Shown: positions 28,531 through 37,612 of the stretch, piece by piece
Numbering within the stretch: the first letter of the stretch is position 1
Layout of the letters: each line of letters begins with the position of its first letter
Assembly (NCBI GenBank): GCA_039932995.1
Contig: JBDTOZ010000826.1
Coordinates: 1 to 58,096, forward strand
Length of the DNA stretch: 58,096 nt
Source: Acidobacteriota bacterium
GTDB taxonomy: Bacteria; Acidobacteriota; Thermoanaerobaculia; Gp7-AA8
Direction of reading: 5' to 3'
Translations under genes and position numbers: made by a program
Notes under the pieces: generated by a model
Databases searched by the model: none
The model's input: only the letters and a program-made list of their open reading frames with translations
What the model was told of the DNA's origin: nothing

Positions 28531-30291
28531 ATGTCTGTTCGGAAGGTCCTTTTGACATTGATCGTCGCCGCGGTGCCCGCCTTCGGGGCTCTGGCGCAGA
28601 GACCGGCGCCCACCACTCCGGCACTTGCGCCGACTCTGACCCCGGCCCCGGACGAGGCGGACACGTTGGAGGGTGGAATCCCGGCCTACGTCAAGCCGGA
28701 GACGCCGGAGCAGCGTCGCGAGCGCGTCGGCACCCAGGAGGACCCAGGCCTCAATCCTTCTCCCGACAGGATCTTCGTCCGTTTTGGCAAACGCTACACG
28801 ATCCGCAAGTACGAGCGTGAGTTCGCGCGCTATCTGCCGGACCAGCCCACCGCGGTTCGTCCCATGGGGATGGTCAACTTCACGTTCGAGATCTATCAGC
28901 AGAACGAGAAGTACGTCTGGGTCTGGATCGATGAGCTGGATCCGGCCGACACCCCGACGCGCGCCGAGCGGAAGAAACAGGAAGAGACCAAATCCATGAC
29001 CAAGGAGGCGGTCGACTATCTGAACCTGATCCGCGACGAGTTCACGCCGCTCGAGCCGCCGCCCTCGCCGGTTCACGTGCGCTTCCAGGAGTCGTCCGAG
29101 GGCTTGCCGGACAACGGCTCCTGGCGCAACGCCCTCGCGGTCGCGGACATGAATGGCGATGGATTCGCCGATCTGATCCTTCCTCCTCAGCGTGCCGGTA
29201 ACGGCATCCCGGCCATCTTCCTCGGTGACGGCAAGGGCGGATGGAAGCAGTGGGCGATCGAGTGGCCTTCGCGGCTGAATTACGGCGGCGTGGTCGCGGC
29301 GGATTTCAACAAAGACAAGAAGATGGATCTGGCGTTCGCCGTCCACCTCGCGGGAGTGGCCGTCTTTCTCGGTAACGGCAAAGGTGGATTCGAGGAGGTC
29401 TTCTACGACCGCGCGTTTCCTTCCCGCCGCCTGATCACCAGCGACATCGACAACGATGGCGCCATGGACCTGGTGGTGATCTCCGAAGGTCCGACCGGAC
29501 GCACCGCCGACCCGAAAGGGAAAGACTACACGGCGTTGCGTGGATATCTGAACCGGAACAAGGGTCGCCAGTGGGAAGGGTTCAACATCGCCAACCCCAA
29601 AGACAACATGAGCGGGGACTGGCTCGCGGCCGGAAACTTCAACGACGACCGCTATCCGGACTTCGTGGCCTCGACGATCTATTTCAACGGTACCTCGACC
29701 ATCCAACTCAGCAAGGGCGAACCGAAAAAGTACGATTTCTTCTGGGACGGAGTGGGGCGGGTCATCCCTTTCCGCTCCTATTACTACGCGGTGACGACGG
29801 GGCGCTTCGGCAGCAAGGATCGCGATGACGCCATCGTCACGCACTATCGAATCTGGCCGGGCAAGGTCGATCTCGATCAACTCCGCGAGCCGCCGCTCCG
29901 CGCCGTCGTCGGAATCGATCGCATCAGCTTCACCAACAAAGGGAAGGAAGCTACCCGGACGCCGATCATGCGCTGGGAGCCGGGTCGCGCCGTGCCCGGA
30001 GTGGCGCATGGGGATTTCGATCGCGACGGAAAGCAGGACATTCTCTTCACGCGCCATGATCCGCGGGAGGCGGTGTTGCTCCTCGGTGACGGCAAGGGCG
30101 GATTTGGACGCGCAACCGTGGAAGGGATCACGCTGCGGCCGCAGGCGAACTACGACGTCACGGTGGCGGACGTGAACGCGGACGGCCGTCCGGATGTGGT
30201 GGTGATGTACGAGGCCGAGTCGGCGACGTCCCTGTCGGCGAAGAACGGGAGCGTGCACGTGTTTCTCAACCAGGGGGCGTCGGCGCAGTGA
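28531..30291 (+). CDS. secreted FG-GAP/VCBS-repeat protein
   Basis: Signal peptide plus at least 7 repeats of the D.N.DG..D type (ADMNGDGFADL, ADFNKDKKMDL, SDIDNDGAMDL, GNFNDDRYPDF, HGDFDRDGKQDI, VADVNADGRPDV). RBS AGGAG lies 21 nt after wzm. Confidence 0.85.
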   Translation: MSVRKVLLTLIVAAVPAFGALAQRPAPTTPALAPTLTPAPDEADTLEGGIPAYVKPETPEQRRERVGTQEDPGLNPSPDRIFVRFGKRYTIRKYEREFARYLPDQPTAVRPMGMVNFTFEIYQQNEKYVWVWIDELDPADTPTRAERKKQEETKSMTKEAVDYLNLIRDEFTPLEPPPSPVHVRFQESSEGLPDNGSWRNALAVADMNGDGFADLILPPQRAGNGIPAIFLGDGKGGWKQWAIEWPSRLNYGGVVAADFNKDKKMDLAFAVHLAGVAVFLGNGKGGFEEVFYDRAFPSRRLITSDIDNDGAMDLVVISEGPTGRTADPKGKDYTALRGYLNRNKGRQWEGFNIANPKDNMSGDWLAAGNFNDDRYPDFVASTIYFNGTSTIQLSKGEPKKYDFFWDGVGRVIPFRSYYYAVTTGRFGSKDRDDAIVTHYRIWPGKVDLDQLREPPLRAVVGIDRISFTNKGKEATRTPIMRWEPGRAVPGVAHGDFDRDGKQDILFTRHDPREAVLLLGDGKGGFGRATVEGITLRPQANYDVTVADVNADGRPDVVVMYEAESATSLSAKNGSVHVFLNQGASAQ

Positions 30292-30298
30292 GTGGGGA

Positions 30299-30328
30299 GC
30301 TTCAACTGTGGTTGCAGTTGGGGCTTTT
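30299..30328 (+). terminator. possible terminator after the FG-GAP gene
   Basis: Imperfect stem GCTTCAACTG/CAGTTGGGGC (8/10) followed by TTTT. Confidence 0.4.
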
Positions 30329-30395
30329 CCCGAGTATAGTTCGCCAAATCGGTAGCACAGATATGTCGTCACCGCATAAGAACGCCCGTTACCTA

Positions 30396-30424
30396 TTGAC
30401 TTTGAGAATATTTCGGCCTAACTT
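30396..30424 (+). promoter_or_regulatory. candidate sigma70-type promoter for the 473-aa secreted protein gene
   Basis: TTGACT, 17-nt spacer, TAACTT, in a locally AT-richer spacer. Implies a 5' UTR of about 150 nt. Confidence 0.5.
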
Positions 30425-30578
30425 AGGGCAGCTCAGCCGACAGAAGGTCGGTTAGTTCGTCAAACTCAGAGAAGAAACTTTGAAAAAAACTGAACGCCGG
30501 AGGTGATCGTATCGTTTGGATCGGGTGAGCAAACCTTCGTTCGTTTTCAACTCAATCGCTGAAGTGTAGGAGATAGAT

Positions 30579-32000
30579 ATGAAGAAACTTACCGTTTGGG
30601 CCATGTTAGCCCTGCTCGTCGTGGCAGGCTCGGCGATGGCCGCCCCGGGCAAGATTGCGGCAAACGCAACCTTCGATGAGGGTGGTCCGTCGACGACGAA
30701 CAACGACGACAGCTGCGACATCAGTGTGACGCCAGCCGCCACGCTGCTGCTGCCGTATTTCGAGGTCGACCTCGAGAACGCAGCTGGCGAGACCACGCTG
30801 TTCACCATCACGAACACGTCGCACCTCGACCAGATCGCGCACGTCACTCTCTGGACGGATTACTCGTTCCCGGTCATCGATTTCAACATCTACCTGACCG
30901 GTTACGACGTCCAGGCGATCAACCTGTATGACATCATCGCGCGTGGTGTCATCGCCCCGGATGCCGGCACCGGCACCGCGGTGACGAAGCGTGGACCGTA
31001 TTCGGACTCGAACGCAGGCAGCCTGTCGCTTGGCGCTTGCGACCGCCTCCCGGGCGCGCTCGATCCGATCTACGTCACCCGCATGCAGTCGGCGTTCACC
31101 CTGGGCCGCGTTCCGGCTTTCGGTGCGGCTCCGGGTTGCAACTTTGTGGGCGGCGCTCATGACAACGCCGTTGGTTACGCGACGATCGACGTTGCGGACC
31201 TCTGCTCGACCTCGCTGCCGACCGACGATGGATACTTCACGACGGAAATCCGTTTTGACAACGTCCTGATCGGCGACTACCAGCAGGTCAACAGTGCGCA
31301 GAACTTCGCGCAGGGCAACCCGATGGTGCACATCCGTGCGATCCCTGAGGGTGGCGAGCCGGGTACCCCGGGCGTCATCGTCAACTTCGACCGCACGTTC
31401 TACAGCCGCTACCAGCTCGGTGGCGACACGGCCGACCGTCGTCAGCCGTTGCCTTCCGTCTTCGCCGCTCGCTGGATCCAGGGCGGAGCGGGGTCCTTCC
31501 AGACCTCGTACAAGATCTGGCGCGAAGGCCAGACCGACGCGGTCGACCAGTCTTGCACCGACTTCCCGGACAACGTCACCACCGTCGCCGAAGTGGTTCG
31601 CTTCGACGAAGCTGAGAACGCTGTCGGCGACGTCCCGGTGTCCCGTGTTTCGCCCCCGGTGACCGTTGAGAACACGCTGCCGGAAACCTCGCTCACGAGC
31701 GTGACCGACAACAGCGTCTATCCGCAGCTCACCAATGGTGCGGTTGGTGGTTGGATGTACCTCAACCTCGACAACGACGGTTTTGACGACCTCGCGTCGC
31801 AGAACTGGGTTGTCGTCTCGATGCGCGCCCAGGGTCGTTACTCGGTCGACTTCGACGCGGCGTGGCTGGCCAACGGCTGCACCCCGGAGGAGCCGATCTC
31901 CGAAGTGACCACTGGTGTCGAGATCATCGGACCGGCGGTCGCCACGGATCCGACGGTTGAAGGTCCGGGCAACCCGAACTGGAACCCGTCGAACCTGTAA
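30579..32000 (+). CDS. secreted protein, no recognisable domain
   Basis: Signal peptide MKKLTVWAMLALLVVAGSAMA and AGGAG RBS. It has its own promoter candidate and a strong terminator. Confidence 0.85.
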   Translation: MKKLTVWAMLALLVVAGSAMAAPGKIAANATFDEGGPSTTNNDDSCDISVTPAATLLLPYFEVDLENAAGETTLFTITNTSHLDQIAHVTLWTDYSFPVIDFNIYLTGYDVQAINLYDIIARGVIAPDAGTGTAVTKRGPYSDSNAGSLSLGACDRLPGALDPIYVTRMQSAFTLGRVPAFGAAPGCNFVGGAHDNAVGYATIDVADLCSTSLPTDDGYFTTEIRFDNVLIGDYQQVNSAQNFAQGNPMVHIRAIPEGGEPGTPGVIVNFDRTFYSRYQLGGDTADRRQPLPSVFAARWIQGGAGSFQTSYKIWREGQTDAVDQSCTDFPDNVTTVAEVVRFDEAENAVGDVPVSRVSPPVTVENTLPETSLTSVTDNSVYPQLTNGAVGGWMYLNLDNDGFDDLASQNWVVVSMRAQGRYSVDFDAAWLANGCTPEEPISEVTTGVEIIGPAVATDPTVEGPGNPNWNPSNL

Positions 32001-32027
32001 GTAACTCAAGCAGTTTGCTGTAGCCGA

Positions 32028-32064
32028 GAGGCGGGCTGGGAATCCAGCCCGCCTCTTTTTTTTT
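32028..32064 (+). terminator. rho-independent terminator
   Basis: 12-bp stem GAGGCGGGCTGG/CCAGCCCGCCTC, loop GAAT, then nine T. Confidence 0.85.
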
Positions 32065-32135
32065 ACCTGTCGAACGGAGCGCCGCACCCTCGTTTCGCTC
32101 CGTTGGACCGGTCTAAAAATCGATTCCACAGAAAT

Positions 32136-32178
32136 AGTGCTTGCAATCAACTGCACAGTGCTTACAATAACAGTGCTT
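32136..32178 (+). promoter_or_regulatory. candidate promoter overlapped by three AGTGCTT direct repeats
   Basis: TTGCAA (32141-32146), 16-nt spacer, TACAAT (32163-32168). AGTGCTT occurs at 32136, 32157 and 32172; the first two form AGTGCTTnCAAT, 21 bp apart. Confidence 0.45.
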
Positions 32179-32223
32179 CTCGTCCGTCATCGGATTCGAT
32201 ACAAACTCATCGGGGGTGTCAAA

Positions 32224-35200
32224 GTGAAGTTCGCTCGGAATCTCGTGCTCGGCCTGCTCTTGTGCGGAGCGTCAACAGTACGCGTAGATGCACAGTTGTA
32301 TCCCCTGCCTGGTGCGAAAAGTGAGGCGCCGGTTCTCTGTCAGGGTTGCTCAGGTGCGAACTCGTTTGGGCAGAACAATGATGCTCTGCCGACGTATCCG
32401 TACGGGCCCCCGGTCGTCGACTTCGTCGGTCGCTATGTCGATTCGCAGATGACGGCGAATTACCAGCACATCGGCTTCCGCACCGCCCGGGCTCGCGGCG
32501 TTCGCATTTTCCCGCAGCAGGCCGGCTCGGCACCTCCCCGGGTGTACATGCAGATCGGAAACGCTGTCGCCGCGTATGCGCTCGACACCTTCTTCACCTC
32601 CAGACTCGCGGCCGGCACGGTCTCGATCGGCGTCGTCGGCAAGGAAACCGGCTCCCAGGTGGGCGGATTCGGGCGGACTCCGCTCGAGCGCATCGCCATG
32701 TGGGATGGATTCATGTATCCCGAGGCGGTGGCTTCCCAGTGGTATGCCCCACTCATCGACAAACAGGATCCGATGGGGAAGGGCGGCGCGTTCGACGCCG
32801 ACGACCGCGGAAACCTCTACAGCATTCACATGTTCGGTTGGGGAATCGCGAAGGACGACGGGCGCACCAACGGCTCGCACTTTCCTAAAGTCGTCCAACT
32901 GACCAGTTGCTACACAGGCACCAAACCTACAGGCACCGCGTGCGACGTTCCCGCGGCCTATCCCTTCACCAAGCATGACGGCTCGAACGTCTCCGGACAG
33001 TCCATCCTGGCCTTCCGCGAAGGAAGCCGGTACTACGCGGTGGTGGCTGGGGGCAGCAAGGATCAGGCGCTCTTCGATGTGACCGATGCTTCATCCCCGC
33101 AGCTCTCGGCGACGCGGACCGGCTTCGATAAGTCGATGCTGCGTTACGACCGCTCTGACGCGTTCAGCCGGATCGCTTATGTCGACAGCAAGAAGGTCCT
33201 GCACGTCTATAGCTACGGCGGCATGGTCAATGGGACGGAAATTGGCTCTTACTCGGGCCGGGACGGCGGCTTCGTCGACGTCGCGATCGACGAGAGCGGC
33301 AACATCTGGGCGGCGGAGAGCTCCCGCGTCCTTCGTCTCACTCCGGCCGGCAACGGCTACACGGAATCGGACTCGTCTCCCTTCGGCGCCGGCTTCCGTA
33401 CGATCGAGGCGATCGCAGCCGGTGGCGGACACATCGCCGCCATGGGCACGGATTTCAATGACGGCGTCCATTACGACGTCCGTCTCGCCAAGGTCGAAGC
33501 CAGCGGGCCCCGCCTGGTCGATACGGACAACTTCTTCAAGAACTACTACCACAGTGGCAAGACCGGCTACGCCGAGCCAGGACAGTACACCAATCCATTT
33601 GACGTGCAGTTGGCCAAGTGGAACGGCAAGACTTATCTCTTCTACAGCGCTGAGGGTCTGGGCGACGTCTTCGAGATTCAGGGCGGCGACGCCATTTCCG
33701 CGACCATGAGGACGGCGTCCTTTGGCACGGTGAACCCGAACTCCAAGGCCACCGTGGCCGGTCCGTATCCTGGTGACATCGTCACCTTCGCGGCCACTTC
33801 ATCGAACCCTGCCTCCTCCTATACGGTCAGCTGGGATTTCGGCAATAGTGAGTCCGGCACGAACAACTTCAAGACGCAGACGACCGGAATCGACGTCACT
33901 CACCAGTACACCGGTTTCGACACGTCGGGGAAGGTCACGACACCGAAGCAGGTGCGAGCGGTCGCGGTCCAGGACTCGGCCATGAGCTCTCAGTTCAATG
34001 TCGTGTTGAAGCTTCCCACCACTCGCGTGGGGATCTCCGGTACGACCACACCAATCACCGCCTCCAGCGTCGTTCCTCTCGACATCGTGGAAGGGGCAAC
34101 CTTCAACGACGCATCCGACGGTTCGGTGGAAGGTCACTATGGTGTCTGGGTGATCGACGGGACGCCGACGAAGTTGAAGCCCAATGAAACCATCCCGGTG
34201 GGTGGTGTAGGCGCCCACACGCTTCAATTCCAGGCTTACTACGGCAAGTACGACGCCTCCTTTGTCGGAACTTCTCCCTATGCCGCATCGGCGATCACCA
34301 TTCCTTATGTCGTGCGTCCCTTCCGGGTGCGTCTCAACGTACCGACGACCGTGGGAAGCTCGATTCGCTTCTCGGCCACTCCGGAGTGGACCAGCGACAG
34401 GTCCACGCTGCAAGCCACACAGTGGAACGTGAGTTGGACTCTGACCGGCGGCGTGGCCGCGGGTGGTGTCTCCACGCAGTCCGTCCCGGGATTGAGCGGG
34501 ACGTACGCGGTCGGTGTCATTCCGCAATACGACGTGCTCAAGACCGATGTCCCTTCGGGCAGCACCATCATGCTCGAGGTCAGTGTTGATCCAGGCTCCC
34601 TCTCCACGGCCGCCGCGCCGTACGCATCGACCAGCACCAGCTCGCTGTTGACCACACCGGATCCGCTGATCGAGCAGGCTGGTTGTGCGAACACCGGCAG
34701 CCCCTGCTCGTTCACTGCGAAGTCCGTCGGAGGCGGCTCGATCTCCGATTGGGCGCTCCTCTGGACCGTCAAGCAGGGGAATACTACGGTTGCGACCAGC
34801 GCCGCCAACCCCTATGCGCCGACGTTGGCGCAGGGAAGCTACACGGTCTATCTGAAGGCCACCAAGACCGTCTTCGAGAAGGAAGTCACAAAAGCGCTGA
34901 CGGTCCAGCAGAGTCTTTGCGGACCGCTGCCCGCGGACTCGGCCGTCACGTTCAACATAATCGGCTGCGGATCCGGCTGCCCGGTGGGCACCACCGTCTC
35001 CTTCACTCCCAGCATCTCCGGCTATTCCAAGCAGGCCTGCGATACGTTCTCCTGGAACTTCGGGGACGGGACTCAGGCCTCGGGTGAAGAGGTGTCGCAC
35101 GCGTACAGCTCGGCCGGCACCAAGACCGTCACCTTCACGATCTCGAATACCGGCGGAGGAGCTGCCGTCTCCAAATCGAGGAGTGTCAACATCACCGGCG

Positions 35201-37527
35201 GAGGCAACACCAACACCTGCACCGCGCCCTCCCAGATCGCCATGTCGTTCAGTGGTTGCACGGCGACGAATGATTGCCGGACCACGGACAGCATCCGGTT
35301 CACAGTCACCAAGGCGGGCGGATCCCTGCAGACATGCGACACGGTGGCCTGGTCGTTTGGAGACAACAAGACCAGCACCAACTCCAGCCCCACGCATACG
35401 TTCGACGCGACCGGAACATTCACCGTGACGGCCGTGGTGTCGAATTCTCAGGGGTTGTCGGCCTCAGCCACCAAACAGATCACCATCGGTACCGGGTCCA
35501 GCGGCGGAAACTGCGCCATCGCGCCCGGTCCGGCCAACTTCGTCATCACGTTCTCCGGGCCCACCAGCGGATGCGTGTACGCCGGTGCCAATTGCACGGT
35601 GAACGAAGCCATCGCCTTCGAAGCGCTGAACTACTTCTACGTCCCGGCGAGCTGTGACTCGTACGCGTGGAACTTCGGAGACAACAACACGTCGACGGTC
35701 CGCAACCCGCTGCACTCGTACACGAACAACGGCACCTACAGTGTGCAACTGACGGTGACGAACAATCGGGGGAGCTTCACCTACACACGGTCGGTGGTGG
35801 TCTCCGGTGGCGCGCCCGCCAAGCCGGTGCCGACCATCAGCGGCTCCTTCCCGACCACTGCGCAGAAAGGCAAGCCGGTCTCGTTCACCGCGAGCTCCAG
35901 CATGAGCACGACCACGGGCTGGACCTGGACGTTCGGCGACGGGACCCCGGCGGACACCTCGCAGGCCGGAACCGTGGCCCAAACCAGCACGATGTCCCAC
36001 ACGTTCAACACGGCCGGGACGTACACGGTCACTGCCAAGGCGCGCAACTCCGAGGACGTAGCCTCCGCGCCGACGAACAGTACCCAGTCGCAGATCACGA
36101 TCACCAATGCCCCGGCCATCCCCGAGTACATCTACCTGTTGCCGGTCGCGGTGCACGCCGCGGGTCAAGGCAACAGCTCGTGGCGCACGGACGTGCAGAT
36201 CTACAACCCCGATCCCGCGGTCTCGGTCGACAAACCTCTGGAAATGACGGCGGCCTTCAAGGGCCAGACCTTCAACCTGGTGGTGACCAAGGCCACGCAC
36301 ATCTACGAAGACTTCCTCAGCAAGATCCTCGATCACGACGATCAGGGGCCGGTGATCATCACCACCAAGACCGCCCTGGTCGCCCCGCAGATCTGGACGC
36401 GCACCTACAACCAGACCGAGCAGGGTGGCACCTTCGGCCAGTTCATCCCGGCCATCCGTCTCGACAGCGCCGGCTCCGGCAGTGCGTTCGGTGAGGGCAA
36501 GTACTACCTCTCCGGCCTCCGTCATGACGACCGCTTTCGCACCAACGTCGGCTTCGTGAATCCGAACGCCGTGGCCATCAACGCCACCGTGACCGTTCGC
36601 GACGATCGCTTCCTGGCCATTGCCCAGTTCACACGCACGCTGCAGCCGTTCCAGCTCGATCAGTTCACGCTCAAGAACCTGGTTCCGACACTCCCGACCG
36701 CCAGGCCGTTCAGCCTGCAGATCGAAGTGCCGCCCGGCCAGTGGGTCATCGCCTACGCATCGTTCATCGATAGCATCAGCAATGACCCGGTCTTCCTGCA
36801 GGCCGTTCGTGAGAGTGAAGTGGCCTCCATCGATCACCGCGTGAGCGTGATCCCGGGCGTGGGCCACGTCGGTCAGTGGCGCAGCGACGTGACCATCTTC
36901 AATCCCGACATCGAGAACCCGGTGCAGTTCGACCTCGAGTACTTCGACAACGGCGGCAACAAGCTGGCCGGAGCCACGGGCATCGTCCTCGACTCCCGCA
37001 AGTTCCTGCAGTACTCAGACATCCTGGCGCAGGGTGTTCTCGGCAGCAATGTGCCGGAAGGTCTGGGAATGCTGAAGATCAGCGCCACCACTCCGGTCCC
37101 GAACTCGCGGTATCCGATGACCTTCGCGCGGACCTACTTCGACGACGGAGCCAATGGCACCTTCGGCCAGGGCATCGTCGGCTTCTCGGGTGGGAAGCCA
37201 AACGTGAAGGTGAACAAGCCGGGCATCATCGCCGGTGTCCGTCAGAACGCCTCCTATCAAACGAACATCGGTCTCGTGAACGTGTCGTCGACCGCCACGG
37301 TCCACGCCACGATCACTCTGCTCGATCCGTTCACCGGCGCGGCGGCCTCCTCGCTGCAGTACACGTTGGCACCGAACCAGACCATCGTCGGGGCCTACAA
37401 TGGCTGGGGCGCCATCGAGAGCGGTACATTGAAGGTTGAAGCCGACGGTGACGTCTGGGCCTTCGTCTCGATCAAGGACAAGAAGACCAACGATCCGGAG
37501 TACGTGCCGGCCACCGCGACGCAGTAG
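32224..37527 (+). CDS. giant secreted PKD-repeat protein (~1767 aa) with a tandemly duplicated C-terminal domain
   Basis: GTG at 32224 follows GGGGGT and gives the signal peptide VKFARNLVLGLLLCGASTVRVDA. At least 5 PKD-type repeats (W.FGD......H.Y...G.Y.V.L.V.N). Two ~230-aa C-terminal repeats. Confidence 0.85.
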   Translation: MKFARNLVLGLLLCGASTVRVDAQLYPLPGAKSEAPVLCQGCSGANSFGQNNDALPTYPYGPPVVDFVGRYVDSQMTANYQHIGFRTARARGVRIFPQQAGSAPPRVYMQIGNAVAAYALDTFFTSRLAAGTVSIGVVGKETGSQVGGFGRTPLERIAMWDGFMYPEAVASQWYAPLIDKQDPMGKGGAFDADDRGNLYSIHMFGWGIAKDDGRTNGSHFPKVVQLTSCYTGTKPTGTACDVPAAYPFTKHDGSNVSGQSILAFREGSRYYAVVAGGSKDQALFDVTDASSPQLSATRTGFDKSMLRYDRSDAFSRIAYVDSKKVLHVYSYGGMVNGTEIGSYSGRDGGFVDVAIDESGNIWAAESSRVLRLTPAGNGYTESDSSPFGAGFRTIEAIAAGGGHIAAMGTDFNDGVHYDVRLAKVEASGPRLVDTDNFFKNYYHSGKTGYAEPGQYTNPFDVQLAKWNGKTYLFYSAEGLGDVFEIQGGDAISATMRTASFGTVNPNSKATVAGPYPGDIVTFAATSSNPASSYTVSWDFGNSESGTNNFKTQTTGIDVTHQYTGFDTSGKVTTPKQVRAVAVQDSAMSSQFNVVLKLPTTRVGISGTTTPITASSVVPLDIVEGATFNDASDGSVEGHYGVWVIDGTPTKLKPNETIPVGGVGAHTLQFQAYYGKYDASFVGTSPYAASAITIPYVVRPFRVRLNVPTTVGSSIRFSATPEWTSDRSTLQATQWNVSWTLTGGVAAGGVSTQSVPGLSGTYAVGVIPQYDVLKTDVPSGSTIMLEVSVDPGSLSTAAAPYASTSTSSLLTTPDPLIEQAGCANTGSPCSFTAKSVGGGSISDWALLWTVKQGNTTVATSAANPYAPTLAQGSYTVYLKATKTVFEKEVTKALTVQQSLCGPLPADSAVTFNIIGCGSGCPVGTTVSFTPSISGYSKQACDTFSWNFGDGTQASGEEVSHAYSSAGTKTVTFTISNTGGGAAVSKSRSVNITGGGNTNTCTAPSQIAMSFSGCTATNDCRTTDSIRFTVTKAGGSLQTCDTVAWSFGDNKTSTNSSPTHTFDATGTFTVTAVVSNSQGLSASATKQITIGTGSSGGNCAIAPGPANFVITFSGPTSGCVYAGANCTVNEAIAFEALNYFYVPASCDSYAWNFGDNNTSTVRNPLHSYTNNGTYSVQLTVTNNRGSFTYTRSVVVSGGAPAKPVPTISGSFPTTAQKGKPVSFTASSSMSTTTGWTWTFGDGTPADTSQAGTVAQTSTMSHTFNTAGTYTVTAKARNSEDVASAPTNSTQSQITITNAPAIPEYIYLLPVAVHAAGQGNSSWRTDVQIYNPDPAVSVDKPLEMTAAFKGQTFNLVVTKATHIYEDFLSKILDHDDQGPVIITTKTALVAPQIWTRTYNQTEQGGTFGQFIPAIRLDSAGSGSAFGEGKYYLSGLRHDDRFRTNVGFVNPNAVAINATVTVRDDRFLAIAQFTRTLQPFQLDQFTLKNLVPTLPTARPFSLQIEVPPGQWVIAYASFIDSISNDPVFLQAVRESEVASIDHRVSVIPGVGHVGQWRSDVTIFNPDIENPVQFDLEYFDNGGNKLAGATGIVLDSRKFLQYSDILAQGVLGSNVPEGLGMLKISATTPVPNSRYPMTFARTYFDDGANGTFGQGIVGFSGGKPNVKVNKPGIIAGVRQNASYQTNIGLVNVSSTATVHATITLLDPFTGAAASSLQYTLAPNQTIVGAYNGWGAIESGTLKVEADGDVWAFVSIKDKKTNDPEYVPATATQ

Positions 37528-37549
37528 TCCCTCCAGTTGCTTCCTTTCC

Positions 37550-37585
37550 GAAGTGGCGGGCCCTCGGGCCCGCCACTTCGTTTTT
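37550..37585 (+). terminator. rho-independent terminator
   Basis: 13-bp stem GAAGTGGCGGGCC/GGCCCGCCACTTC followed by GTTTTT. Confidence 0.85.
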
Positions 37586-37612
37586 GGACGGGCTCTTTCA
37601 CAACTCCGTAGA

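Noticed and set aside
32137-32223. ATG at 32137 as the start of the giant ORF.
   Set aside because: It would place the promoter-like and repeat region inside the CDS and give a non-signal-like N-terminus. The GTG at 32224, preceded by GGGGGT, yields a classical signal peptide.
30579-37527. Homology between the 473-aa protein (LLLPYFEVDL..TLFTITNTS) and the duplicated C-terminal module of the giant protein (LLPVAVHAAGQGNSSWRTDVQIYNP).
   Set aside because: By eye there is only a vague resemblance of hydrophobic pattern, and I cannot establish an alignment without a profile comparison. It is left as a question rather than a claim.
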